From: Nitrosomonadaceae bacterium
GTDB taxonomy: Bacteria > Pseudomonadota > Gammaproteobacteria > Burkholderiales > Nitrosomonadaceae
NCBI GenBank assembly: GCA_030646695.1
Contig: JAUSLF010000005.1
Coordinates: 19,793-51,792 of the forward strand
Length of the DNA: 32,000 nucleotides
Direction of reading: 5' to 3'
Part shown: piece after piece, positions 11,184 through 21,656 of the stretch
Numbering within the stretch: the first letter of the stretch is position 1
Layout: each line of letters starts with the position of its first letter
The notes under the pieces: model-generated
The model's database searches: none
Told to the model about the DNA's origin: nothing
The model's input: the letters and a program-made list of their open reading frames with translations, nothing else
Made by a program: the position numbers and the translations under genes

Positions 11184-12377
11184 ATGGGATTAAACGACCC
11201 GCAGTGGGGAAGAAAAAAAGGCAACTCAGGTCCGCCTGATCTCGACGAGTTGTGGCGCAACGTTAACAAGAAGCTCAACAACCTCTTTAAGCGTAAGAGT
11301 GGCGGGGGCGAAGGGTCGGGCGGGGGTGAAGGGCCAGCTGGCGGCAGTCCCAGGCGATATAGCGGCGGCGTTGGCCTGTTTGCTGGGCTGCTCCTGCTGA
11401 TGTGGGTATCTAGCGGATTTTATATTGTCAACGAGGGTCAGCGCGGCGTGGTGCTGCGTTTTGGTAAATATGTCGAAACCACCCAGGCAGGACTCCGCTG
11501 GCATCTGCCATATCCGATTGAATTAGTGGAAGCCGTTAACGTAAGCCAGGTGCGTACGGTGGAAATCGGCTACCGCAACAATGTGAGAAGCAAGGTGCTG
11601 AAGGAATCGCTGATGTTGACCGATGACGAAAACATCATTGATATTCAGTTCGCAGTGCAATACATCCTTAAAAATCCTGAAGATTTTCTGTTTAACAACC
11701 GTGAGCCGGAAAGCGCTGTGATGCAGGCAGCGGAAACCGCGATTCGCGAAGTTATCGGCAAAAGCAAAATGGATTATGTGCTTTACGAAGGGCGCGAACA
11801 GGTGGCAGCGCAAACAACCAAATTAATGCAGGAAATTCTCGATCGTTACAAGATAGGGGTCGCCATCAGCAAAGTGACCATGCAGAATGCGCAGCCGCCG
11901 GAACAGGTGCAGGCGGCATTCGACGACGCTGTAAAAGCAGGACAGGACAGAGAACGGCAAAAAAATGAAGGTCAGGCTTACGCCAATGACGTTATTCCCA
12001 AGGCCAGAGGTAATGCCGCGCGCCTGCTGGAAGAGTCAGAAGGGTACAAACAGCGTGTGATCGTCAGCTCTGAGGGTGATGCCAGCCGTTTCAAACAAAT
12101 TCTCGTCGAATACAGCAAAGCGCCCGGCGTAACCCGTGACCGTCTGTATCTGGATATGATGCAACAAGTGCTCTCCAGCACCAGCAAGATACTGATCGAT
12201 CAGAAAAGCGGCAACAACTTGCTTTATCTGCCGCTGGATAAGCTGATACAAACAAGCGGACCTTCCCCATCGCCCGCTCCGATGCCGGAACCGCCCCCGG
12301 TTGCCCAAGAGGCGGGGCATGACAGTGCCGCTCGCACACGCGAAGCATTTCGTGGCCGTGAACGGGAGACAAGATAA
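11184..12377 (+). CDS. hflK: FtsH protease modulator HflK (SPFH/band-7)
   Basis: A 397-aa ORF has a Gly-rich N-terminal region, one TM segment and an SPFH domain. Its stop TAA abuts the hflC ATG. Confidence 0.93.
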   Translation: MGLNDPQWGRKKGNSGPPDLDELWRNVNKKLNNLFKRKSGGGEGSGGGEGPAGGSPRRYSGGVGLFAGLLLLMWVSSGFYIVNEGQRGVVLRFGKYVETTQAGLRWHLPYPIELVEAVNVSQVRTVEIGYRNNVRSKVLKESLMLTDDENIIDIQFAVQYILKNPEDFLFNNREPESAVMQAAETAIREVIGKSKMDYVLYEGREQVAAQTTKLMQEILDRYKIGVAISKVTMQNAQPPEQVQAAFDDAVKAGQDRERQKNEGQAYANDVIPKARGNAARLLEESEGYKQRVIVSSEGDASRFKQILVEYSKAPGVTRDRLYLDMMQQVLSSTSKILIDQKSGNNLLYLPLDKLIQTSGPSPSPAPMPEPPPVAQEAGHDSAARTREAFRGRERETR

Positions 12378-13256
12378 ATGAAAAAATATACTTCAATGCT
12401 ATTGGGCGCCATCGCCGCCCTGTTCTTTCTTGCCAGTTCAGCACTGTTTATCGTCGACCAGCGTCAGCATGCGATCGTATTCCAATTGGGTGAAGTGGTC
12501 GACGTAAAAACTTCACCAGGACTGTATTTCAAGATTCCTCTGGTGCAAAACGTACGCTACTTTGAAGCGCGTATCATGACTATGGATACAGTCGAACCGG
12601 AACGTTTCATTACTTCGGAAAAAAAGAATGTGCTGGTGGACTTGTTCGTCAAGTGGCGCATCGTCGATGTAAAGCAATATTACATCAGCGTTCGCGGTGA
12701 CGAAATGCTGGCACAAACCCGTTTAGCTCAGACAGTAAATTCCAGCATGCGCGACGAATTTGGTAACCGCACAGTGCACGACGTGGTTTCCGGTGAACGT
12801 GACAAGATTATGGAAATCATGCGTCAGAAAGCTGATGCTGATGCTCGCAAGATTGGGGTGGAAGTGGTGGATGTGCGCCTGAAGCGCGTAGATTTACCGC
12901 AGGAAGTAAGCGAGTCGGTCTATCGTCGGATGGAAGCAGAGAGAAAGCGTGTGGCTAATGAACTGCGCTCGACTGGTGCGGCGGAATCGGAAAAAATTCG
13001 TGCCGATGCTGACCGGCAACGTGAAGTAATCCTGGCGGAGGCTTACCGGAAAGCCCAGGAGGTCATGGGCGCGGGCGATGCCAAAGCCTCATCAATCTAC
13101 GCTGGCGCCTTTCAGCAGAATCCGGAATTCTATTCTTTCTACCGCAGCCTGGAAGCCTATAAACAGACTTTCAAGAACAAAGGAGACATGATGGTACTGG
13201 AACCCGGCTCTGAGTTTTTCAAATATCTGAAGAATCCGGGGCGGGGCGGAAAATAG
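12378..13256 (+). CDS. hflC: FtsH protease modulator HflC (SPFH/band-7)
   Basis: A 292-aa ORF has an N-terminal TM segment and an SPFH domain. It starts immediately after the hflK stop (TAAATG). Confidence 0.93.
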   Translation: MKKYTSMLLGAIAALFFLASSALFIVDQRQHAIVFQLGEVVDVKTSPGLYFKIPLVQNVRYFEARIMTMDTVEPERFITSEKKNVLVDLFVKWRIVDVKQYYISVRGDEMLAQTRLAQTVNSSMRDEFGNRTVHDVVSGERDKIMEIMRQKADADARKIGVEVVDVRLKRVDLPQEVSESVYRRMEAERKRVANELRSTGAAESEKIRADADRQREVILAEAYRKAQEVMGAGDAKASSIYAGAFQQNPEFYSFYRSLEAYKQTFKNKGDMMVLEPGSEFFKYLKNPGRGGK

Positions 13257-13380
13257 GCCGCCTCTCATGAACTTAAATTTACGTGTAAACATCTTGCGGA
13301 CTGACTTGACCCACCGTATTACGCAATAATTTTACTTGTGGTCTTGAATTTATTGAGGTGTCTGTCGGAGCTATCGCAGC

Positions 13381-13566
13381 ATGTGGGACACTTTGCTAAT
13401 TGCGTTCGCGCTGATGCTGGTAATGGAAGGAATGCTGCCATTTCTGCTGCCTGGCATGTGGCGTGAAGCTTTCAAAAAACTGACCGAAGCCGGCGATGGC
13501 CAGATACGCTTCATCGGTCTGACTTCGATGCTGGCGGGGTTGCTGCTGCTTTATCTTGTGAAATAA
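13381..13566 (+). CDS. Small membrane protein, DUF2065/YjeT-like
   Basis: A 61-aa ORF has two hydrophobic helices. It sits in the conserved position downstream of hflC, as yjeT does in E. coli. Confidence 0.72.
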   Translation: MWDTLLIAFALMLVMEGMLPFLLPGMWREAFKKLTEAGDGQIRFIGLTSMLAGLLLLYLVK

Positions 13567-13610
13567 CCCCCATCATCCCATTTTCATGCAGCCGTATCTG
13601 AGTCGCAAAC

Positions 13611-14780
13611 ATGCGTAACTGGCTCCTTCCCGAATACATTGAGGATATCCTGCCTGCTGAGGCGTTAGCCATTGAGGCAAAGCGTCGGCGCATCATGGAC
13701 TGGCTGTTGGTACATGGCTATCAACTGGTGGGACCACCCCTGCTGGAGTACGTGGAGTCGCTGCTCTCAGGCAGCGGGGGTGACTCGAATTTACGCATGT
13801 TCAAAGTGGTGGACCAATTAAGCGGCAGGATGATGGGCTTACGTGCAGACATGACGCCCCAGGCTGCACGTATCGATGCACACTTGCTGAACCGCAATGG
13901 CGTCACTCGTCTATGCTACGCAGGCAGTGTGCTGCATACCGTACCATCGGGATTGACCCGCACCCGTGAACCGCTCCAGATTGGCGCGGAACTATACGGC
14001 CATGCCGGACTGGAAAGCGATCTCGAAATCCAGCGGCTTATGCTGCAATCCTTGGCGATTGCCGGGATAGAAAAAATCCACCTTGATCTTGGTCATGTCG
14101 CCGTATTTCGCGGCTTGGTTAAAGGTGCGGGAATTCCCGGCGGATTGGAAACGGAATTATTCGGCGCACTCCAGGCCAAGGACGTCTCCGCATTGGGGGA
14201 CCTCTGTGCCGGGCTGGATAAACGCGTGGACAAGAATGCGCGGCAAGCGTTGATGCTGTTGCCGGAATTGTATGGCGACAGGAAAGTGCTGGCACGTGCA
14301 CGCAAGTTTCTGCCGGATTACCCCGAGATTCAGACGGCCTTGGACGAACTGGACGCAGTGGCGGCAGAATTGAAGCCGCTGGTGGATACCCTGGCATTCG
14401 ATCTGGCTGACTTGCGCGGCTATCAATATCACAGCGGCATAGTGTTCGCTGCCTACGCCAAAGGCTGTCCTAACGCGGTCGCTTTGGGGGGGCGCTATGA
14501 TGAAATTGGCAAAGCATTTGGAAGGGCACGCCCGGCCACCGGCTTCAGCATGGATTTACGCGAATTGTCGGGGCTGGTGAAACCTGATCCCCATCCGAAA
14601 GGAATCTTTGCACCTTACAAGAAAAACGATAAGGCTCTTGAGAAAAAAATCGAGCAGCTTCGCAACGAAGGCCAGATCGTAGTTATGGAATTGCCGGGGC
14701 ATGTGAATGATCAAGATGCGTTTGACTGCGATCGGCAACTGGTGATGCGCCACGGGGTCTGGGATATAGAGAAAATTTGA
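13611..14780 (+). CDS. hisZ: ATP phosphoribosyltransferase regulatory subunit (HisRS paralogue)
   Basis: A 389-aa class-II aaRS-like sequence (RDILPAEA-type N-terminus, GGRYDEIGKAFGRARPATGFS) lacks an anticodon-binding domain. It sits in the typical hflC-hisZ-purA context. Confidence 0.9.
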   Translation: MRNWLLPEYIEDILPAEALAIEAKRRRIMDWLLVHGYQLVGPPLLEYVESLLSGSGGDSNLRMFKVVDQLSGRMMGLRADMTPQAARIDAHLLNRNGVTRLCYAGSVLHTVPSGLTRTREPLQIGAELYGHAGLESDLEIQRLMLQSLAIAGIEKIHLDLGHVAVFRGLVKGAGIPGGLETELFGALQAKDVSALGDLCAGLDKRVDKNARQALMLLPELYGDRKVLARARKFLPDYPEIQTALDELDAVAAELKPLVDTLAFDLADLRGYQYHSGIVFAAYAKGCPNAVALGGRYDEIGKAFGRARPATGFSMDLRELSGLVKPDPHPKGIFAPYKKNDKALEKKIEQLRNEGQIVVMELPGHVNDQDAFDCDRQLVMRHGVWDIEKI

Positions 14781-14873
14781 ATCCGAACCGCCGGAAAATA
14801 TAGAAATACCGGAATATTTATAACGTAATGTTCTCCCCCGTACCTCTACGACTCTGTCGTGAAATATTTCTAA

Positions 14874-16193
<1,320 letters not shown>

Positions 16194-16203
16194 CTCCAGA
16201 TCA

Positions 16204-17274
16204 CTATTGAATCGCTGGTGATGACTCAAACAATCTCCTGATTCCTTCTTCCGTTGGCGCCTGTACTACACCTTTTTCCGTAATCAAAGCCGTCACCAGC
16301 TCGGCTGGCGTCACATCAAAAGCGGGATTGCAAACCGTCACGCCTGTTGCCGCCCACTGGCAGTCGCGGTAACCAGTCACTTCTTCCGCCGCACGTTCTT
16401 CAATCGGAATCAACCCACCGGAAGCCGTGGCAAGATCAATCGTTGACAGCGGGCAGGCTACATAAAACGGGATGCCGTGGCGAGCGGCGAGCACCGCCAG
16501 CATATAAGTTCCAATCTTGTTGGCGACATCACCGTTGGCTGCGACCCGGTCCGCCCCCACCACGATCGCGTGAATTTCACCCCGGCTCATGAAATGCCCT
16601 GCCATGTTGTCGGTAATCAGTGTTACCGGGATTTTTTCCTGCACCATTTCCCATGCGGTCAGCCGTGCACCTTGCAGAAAAGGTCTGGTTTCGCAGGCGA
16701 TAATGGAAATTATCTTGCCTTGGTCGCGTGCCGAGCGGATCACACCCAGTGCCGTGCCATGACCGGCAGTGGCAAGCGCCCCGGCATTGCAATAGGTCAG
16801 CACCGTTGAATTATCCGGAAGCAGCATTGCGCCGCACTCACCCATCCGGCGGTTAGCACGAATGTCTTCCGCCGTTATTTCGTGCGCCTTCGTCAACAGT
16901 TTGGCGGCGATGACCGGGTTGCCGCTGGTTTTGCTGCTGTGCCAGATTTCACGCATTTTTTTTAAAGCCCACAGCAGGTTGACTGCAGTGGGACGGCTTT
17001 GAGCGAGTATGGCAAAACCTTGTTCCAACCCGCGGGCAAAATTCTCCGGACTTTCTTGCTCCAGCCGCCGCGCCTCCAATGCGAAGCCGTAAGCCGCGGC
17101 ACAGCCGATGGCGGGCGCCCCGCGTACCACCATGCTGCGTATGGCTTCGGCCACGGTCGCCGCAGAATCGAACGCCAGATATTCGAAATGTGCCGGTAAG
17201 ATGCGCTGGTCTATCATTTCCAACTTGTTATCCCGCCAACGCAGCGTTTCGATCTTTTCCAGATCGGATCTCAT
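16204..17274 (-). CDS. mtnA: S-methyl-5-thioribose-1-phosphate isomerase (eIF-2B alpha/beta/delta-like family)
   Basis: A 356-aa ORF shows MtnA-type sequence ([52 protein letters not shown]). Its start lies 12 nt downstream of the stop of the aldolase/SDR gene. Confidence 0.88.
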   Translation of the reverse strand: MRSDLEKIETLRWRDNKLEMIDQRILPAHFEYLAFDSAATVAEAIRSMVVRGAPAIGCAAAYGFALEARRLEQESPENFARGLEQGFAILAQSRPTAVNLLWALKKMREIWHSSKTSGNPVIAAKLLTKAHEITAEDIRANRRMGECGAMLLPDNSTVLTYCNAGALATAGHGTALGVIRSARDQGKIISIIACETRPFLQGARLTAWEMVQEKIPVTLITDNMAGHFMSRGEIHAIVVGADRVAANGDVANKIGTYMLAVLAARHGIPFYVACPLSTIDLATASGGLIPIEERAAEEVTGYRDCQWAATGVTVCNPAFDVTPAELVTALITEKGVVQAPTEEGIRRLFESSPAIQ

Positions 17275-17286
17275 AACCTGCTCACG

Positions 17287-19260
17287 TTAAATTACCCGCT
17301 CGTTGCCGCCATCCACCGGCACCTGTGCGGCAGTGGTCTTAGCAAACAATGGCCCACACATCTCCGCTGCCAGCTCCGCCACGTCGCGGCTGGTCACTTC
17401 GGTCTTGAGAACATTGTTCTTTTTATATTGCTCCACCGAAAGACCATATTGCGCCGCGCGGGACTGGCGCACATCCTCGGTCCAAATGCTGGTATCAAAC
17501 ACGGCGTTGGGATGCAGAATATTGATGCGGATATTGTCTGCGCCCCATTCCAGCGCTGCCACCCGCGCCAGTTGATTGAGCGCCGCTTTCGACGCAGAAT
17601 ACGCTGCTGCGCCGGGACCGGGGGCGGGTACATTTTTCGAGCCGATAACGACCACGCTCCCGCCTTCGGGGGCAAGCCTCAGCAGCGGGTGACATTCGCG
17701 CAACAGCGCAAGATTGGCATCCAGATTGATGTTCATCACCTTGCGCCATTCATCGGTAGCGAGGGATTTGATAGGCTGGCTGGCGGGGAAAATCCCGGCA
17801 TTCAGTATCAGCATGTCGAGTCCGCCGTAAGTTTTCACGCAGACTTCCAGCGCGTCGACCATGGCGTTCTCATCGCTGACGTCACAGCACAGACCAAGGT
17901 AGTCGCCACGCTTGAACAGGCTTGCAATGGCCGGATCAAGGTCAAGGCCGACAACCGCCGCACCCCGTGCCAGCAGCGCTTCGGTGCAAGCCTTGCCAAT
18001 GCCGGATGCCGCGCCAGTGACGAGCGCGATTTGACCGGAGAAAAGCGGCGGTTTACCGCCTTTCTTGAGCTTGGCCTGCTCCAGATCCCAGTATTCCACC
18101 GCAAATAGCTCATCCGTGGAAAGTGCCAGGAAGCCGCCCAGCGCGGTGGCGCGCTGAATGATCTCCATGGTGTGCTGATAGATCTCTGCAACGATGACGG
18201 CGTCTTTTGCATTTCTCCCCACCGTGCATAGGCCTAGTTCCGGGTCGAGGATGACCCGCGGCGCCGCATCGAGCATGGTTTTCTTTTCTCTGGCGTGAAG
18301 GGCATGCTGCTCGAAATATTGCTGGTAGGCCTGCGTATAGGCCTGAACATCTCGTCCCAGCATGGGGATACGCTTGGTGCGGATGATGTGATCGGGTGTC
18401 GCCGGGCCTTGCTGCGAAATCACCACGACATCGTCGCGCCGGGAAAAAGCAAGACTGGCATCATCCATGTATGTAGTCAGAATCACCGGGAAACCCGCTG
18501 CGGTGGAAACTTCCTTGCGCAGCACGGCCAGTTCCAGCCGTAGCGATTTTCTGGAAACTTCTTCTGGTAAGCAGGGAATCTGCCATACATTTTTTTGTTT
18601 GAGGTAATCCTCAGCATGGCTGACCAGCATGATCATGCGCTCGTAGGCTTCCCTAGCCGTTGCGCCGAAGGAAAAAATGCCGTGGTTCATCAGCACCATG
18701 CCGATGGTATCGGCACCGGCCTGCTTGGCGAATTCCCCGACACAGACTCGCGCCAGATCGAAGCCTGGCATCACGTAGGGAATCACCACCACGGTATCAC
18801 CATAAATTTCACGGATGCGCACTTCGCCGCCCGGCGTATTGGTTACGGTCACCACCGCATCCGCATGAGTGTGATCCACGTATTTGAACGGCAGACAGGC
18901 ATGCAGAATGGTTTCGATGGAGGGTGCGGGCGCGGATGATTTCGTCATATGCGCCATCAGCTCGTTCACCATTTGCGGATCAGACAATACTTCCAGCCCG
19001 GCAAGCCGCAGCAAATGATTCATGCGTACTGGCGAAAAACCTGCTTCCTCGATGGTTTCCAGATCCCAGCCACTACCCTTGACGTAGAGAATGTCCTCTT
19101 CCTCGCCGAACAGATTTGGTTCACGAATTTTGACTGAGGTGTTGCCGCCGCCGTGCAGCACCAGCGATTTGTCGCATCCCAGCAGGCGGGACGAGTAAGC
19201 TCGCAGCGCCAGATCGGTTTGATAATGCGCCGCCTCAGCATCATTCCAGAGATTTTTCAT
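17287..19260 (-). CDS. Bifunctional class II aldolase/adducin-domain and short-chain dehydrogenase/reductase fusion protein
   Basis: The N-terminal domain has HGGGNTSVK and DHTHAD (class II aldolase type). The C-terminal SDR has [10 protein letters not shown] (NAD(P) binding), LNAG and YSASKAA (catalytic YxxxK). I moved the start from the ORF-track 19401, which overlaps the divergent GNAT gene, to ATG 19258-19260 ([13 protein letters not shown]). This gives 657 aa. Confidence 0.85.
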   Translation of the reverse strand: MKNLWNDAEAAHYQTDLALRAYSSRLLGCDKSLVLHGGGNTSVKIREPNLFGEEEDILYVKGSGWDLETIEEAGFSPVRMNHLLRLAGLEVLSDPQMVNELMAHMTKSSAPAPSIETILHACLPFKYVDHTHADAVVTVTNTPGGEVRIREIYGDTVVVIPYVMPGFDLARVCVGEFAKQAGADTIGMVLMNHGIFSFGATAREAYERMIMLVSHAEDYLKQKNVWQIPCLPEEVSRKSLRLELAVLRKEVSTAAGFPVILTTYMDDASLAFSRRDDVVVISQQGPATPDHIIRTKRIPMLGRDVQAYTQAYQQYFEQHALHAREKKTMLDAAPRVILDPELGLCTVGRNAKDAVIVAEIYQHTMEIIQRATALGGFLALSTDELFAVEYWDLEQAKLKKGGKPPLFSGQIALVTGAASGIGKACTEALLARGAAVVGLDLDPAIASLFKRGDYLGLCCDVSDENAMVDALEVCVKTYGGLDMLILNAGIFPASQPIKSLATDEWRKVMNINLDANLALLRECHPLLRLAPEGGSVVVIGSKNVPAPGPGAAAYSASKAALNQLARVAALEWGADNIRINILHPNAVFDTSIWTEDVRQSRAAQYGLSVEQYKKNNVLKTEVTSRDVAELAAEMCGPLFAKTTAAQVPVDGGNERVI

Positions 19261-19321
19261 AACTATTTTCCGCGCTTGGTCAGTTATTATATCCGGTCTG
19301 TCATCATTCCCGGAGTAACGC

Positions 19322-19762
19322 GTGAAATCGTTTATTGTGCGTCTCGCAAACTGGCAAGACGATGGTCCGGCGTTGCGCGCCATCCGCGAGATGGTGTTCA
19401 TTCACGAGCAACATGTTCCTGTCGAACTGGAGTGGGACGAATTTGATGCGAGTTGTCTGCACATACTGGCGCTAGATTCGGCGGGTAACCCCATCGGCAC
19501 GGCGCGGTTACTGCCTGACGGTCATATTGGGCGCATGGCGGTGCTCAGGGAGTGGCGCGGTCATGGCGTAGGCAGCGCGCTGTTGCAGCAGTTATTGGTG
19601 GAAGCGAAGAAGCGACATCTGCGCCTAGCGACTGTCAACGCGCAGACCTATGCCGCCGGGTTTTACACAAAATCTGGTTTCCGGACGGCGGGGGAGGAGT
19701 TCATCGACGCGGGCATCCCCCACGTGAGGATGGTGCTGCAATTGTGCGAGCAGACCGGCTGA
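19322..19762 (+). CDS. GNAT family N-acetyltransferase
   Basis: A 146-aa ORF with a GTG start has the acetyl-CoA binding motif REWRGHGVGSALLQQL. It diverges from the aldolase/SDR gene across a 61-bp gap. Confidence 0.75.
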   Translation: MKSFIVRLANWQDDGPALRAIREMVFIHEQHVPVELEWDEFDASCLHILALDSAGNPIGTARLLPDGHIGRMAVLREWRGHGVGSALLQQLLVEAKKRHLRLATVNAQTYAAGFYTKSGFRTAGEEFIDAGIPHVRMVLQLCEQTG

Positions 19763-19847
19763 ACAAATGATTCAGGAGCGGTCAACCGAAAGAGAAACGC
19801 CAGCCCATCCCGCCAGCGTTCGCCGCCGCTTTCCACAGATTGCCGGG

Positions 19848-21224
19848 TCAAAACGGCAGCATAAAATCCATCGAGAACAGAACCTGATCCTTGGAAGTGC
19901 CGCCGCCGAAAGGCATGTAAGCTGTGTTAACAAGCCCATCCGCCCGGTCATAGCGGATATTCGGGCGAACATTAAACTGTTGCAGCGCTTTCGACTCAAT
20001 CTTCAGCCTTTTCGCCGGCTTCCAGTTCGCACCTATGGTGACCGCGTAATAATCGGCGGGCTGACTAAAAGCGATGGCTCCCCCCCCTTGAACCGCATAG
20101 CTATGCCCAAGACCATCGGGACCAATATTAGTGGCGGCGGAAACCCGGCCTGGATTAAAAACACGAAAGCCATCCCGATCGCGGAACCACTCGCCACGCA
20201 CACCAACCGAGAAGTCTGGCAAGACGTCATAGTACATATGCGTGTTGATACCATACCATTGAGCTTCCTTAGTCACATTAGACATAGTCTGGTTGTTTAT
20301 TAAGACCCCATCAGCGTAACCATGATCATGCTGCAAAATAAAATGTGTCTTAGGGGTGATCATGTGCTTCAGCACGATGCTGTACATACCCCAGAAATTA
20401 TTGCTGCGTGACGAGGCCGTACTACCGGTACCGGCGATATTGGCCGAGCTTCTCTTGTCGTCGCTGGTCCAGGTGAGGCCGCCGATCCCGCCCCAGTTAT
20501 CCATCTGCCTGTTAAAGTTGCCATCCCAGCCACCGGTGCCGCTGCCGGTGGTACCACCACTCATGAACGTCACATTCTTGTTGACCGTGTAATGAGTCAG
20601 CACACCAGTATGGGTAAAGGGTTCGCCATACTGCATGGTGTAGGCATGGCTGTAGAAGAAGTTGTTGGGCGCCGGCACCGATTCATAACCGATCGGCGTA
20701 TAAAAATGGCCAGCCTTGACGTTAAGACCGTTACCGATCGGCGCATACGCCTCGACAAAAGCCTGCGGCAGGGCGATGCCGTAAGTGCGGCTGGAATTGC
20801 AGCACAAGTCAAGATCCCAGGTGCCCCTGTTCGGCATCGCAGCTCCGCTGTTTACATCGAATGCAGGGTTACCATAAGCTTGGGTAAAAATAGAGTCGGT
20901 ACCAAACATGAAATCCGCCCGGAAACCCAGATCCCACGACTTGCCTTCCGTCACCACAGCACGCTGGACAAATATATTAAACTGATTCAACTGAGCTTGA
21001 TTGGCGCGATCACCGAAAGTGACTGGGCCATTGTATCCAAAGGTCGAGTGGCTCGGGTTGAAAGTCGCTCCGCCATTCACCCAACCACCCGCCTCTATGC
21101 CCTTATCCTTAAAAAATTTCACTACGCTATTCACCTGCGCACTGGCCGTACTCATTGCGAAGGACAGCAGACCACCCGCTGCGATAACTGCCATCCGATT
21201 CCTACGAACTGATGTGCGTTGCAT
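19848..21224 (-). CDS. Outer-membrane beta-barrel porin (OmpL-like/BBP2-type, tentative family)
   Basis: I prefer the start at ATG 21222-21224 because AAGGGAG lies 8 nt upstream; the ORF-track start is 21242. The protein has the signal peptide MQRTSVRRNRMAVIAAGGLLSFAMSTASA. It shows alternating amphipathic strand patterning and is rich in Gly, Asn and Tyr. It ends with a C-terminal aromatic residue (...MDFMLPF), typical of OMPs. Confidence 0.65.
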   Translation of the reverse strand: MQRTSVRRNRMAVIAAGGLLSFAMSTASAQVNSVVKFFKDKGIEAGGWVNGGATFNPSHSTFGYNGPVTFGDRANQAQLNQFNIFVQRAVVTEGKSWDLGFRADFMFGTDSIFTQAYGNPAFDVNSGAAMPNRGTWDLDLCCNSSRTYGIALPQAFVEAYAPIGNGLNVKAGHFYTPIGYESVPAPNNFFYSHAYTMQYGEPFTHTGVLTHYTVNKNVTFMSGGTTGSGTGGWDGNFNRQMDNWGGIGGLTWTSDDKRSSANIAGTGSTASSRSNNFWGMYSIVLKHMITPKTHFILQHDHGYADGVLINNQTMSNVTKEAQWYGINTHMYYDVLPDFSVGVRGEWFRDRDGFRVFNPGRVSAATNIGPDGLGHSYAVQGGGAIAFSQPADYYAVTIGANWKPAKRLKIESKALQQFNVRPNIRYDRADGLVNTAYMPFGGGTSKDQVLFSMDFMLPF

Positions 21225-21273
21225 TTTCGTAGCTCCCTTCATTTAAGGACTGGATAAAAACACTAAAACTAAA

Positions 21274-21319
21274 ATGGACATTACGCCGGAAAATAACTGA
21301 TTTTCCATAAAATGTCCAT
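21274..21319. promoter_or_regulatory. Compound imperfect palindrome upstream of the porin gene (candidate operator)
   Basis: The sequence is ATGGACAT-tacgcc-GGAAAAT-aactg-ATTTTCC-ataaa-ATGTCCAT. The outer 8-bp arms and inner 7-bp arms are each perfect reverse complements. It lies in AT-rich DNA 50-95 bp upstream of the porin start. Confidence 0.35.
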
Positions 21320-21656
21320 GAAATAATTCCGAAGAATTAAGGATAAGCGGCGCCTGAAATCATGAATCACCAAAACCCTTATCTGGCAGTGGATCCGGTG
21401 ATTCCGGATAACCGGAAAATCCTAACCGCCTGTGGCAGACGACGCAGGTTCTGCTCGCTCCAAATTGCCACCCGCGGCCATGCCAAATCTCTGCTGTCCA
21501 ACCACCATTGTCAACCGGCGACCAAGAATCCAATCGGGAAAACAGCGGGGCATCTATGCCGCTTATCCGGGAGTTGCGAGGGGAGTTGGAAGTAGGGCTG
21601 ATCAACACAGACCTCTGAGGCAAATGACCCAGATGTAGAAAAATTCTGATTGCTGC

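Noticed and set aside
17428-18108. 226-aa plus-strand ORF inside the aldolase/SDR gene, and similar long antisense ORFs at 6504-7127, 20592-21212, 30713-31243 and 31240-31833
   Set aside because: All lie opposite confidently identified genes (SDR domain, proS, porin, cycA, cycB). They arise from stop-codon depletion in GC-rich antisense frames and contain no motifs.
17287-19260. Calling the fusion protein rhamnulose-1-phosphate aldolase/alcohol dehydrogenase (rhamnose catabolism)
   Set aside because: There are no rhamnose transport, isomerase or kinase genes nearby. The organism type makes sugar catabolism unlikely and the gene is in an operon with mtnA. I kept a generic domain-based call.
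19261-19401. 47-codon N-terminal extension of the aldolase/SDR ORF that overlaps the GNAT gene start
   Set aside because: The extension is non-conserved-looking sequence overlapping the divergent GNAT coding region. The internal ATG at 19258-19260 gives the expected N-terminus.
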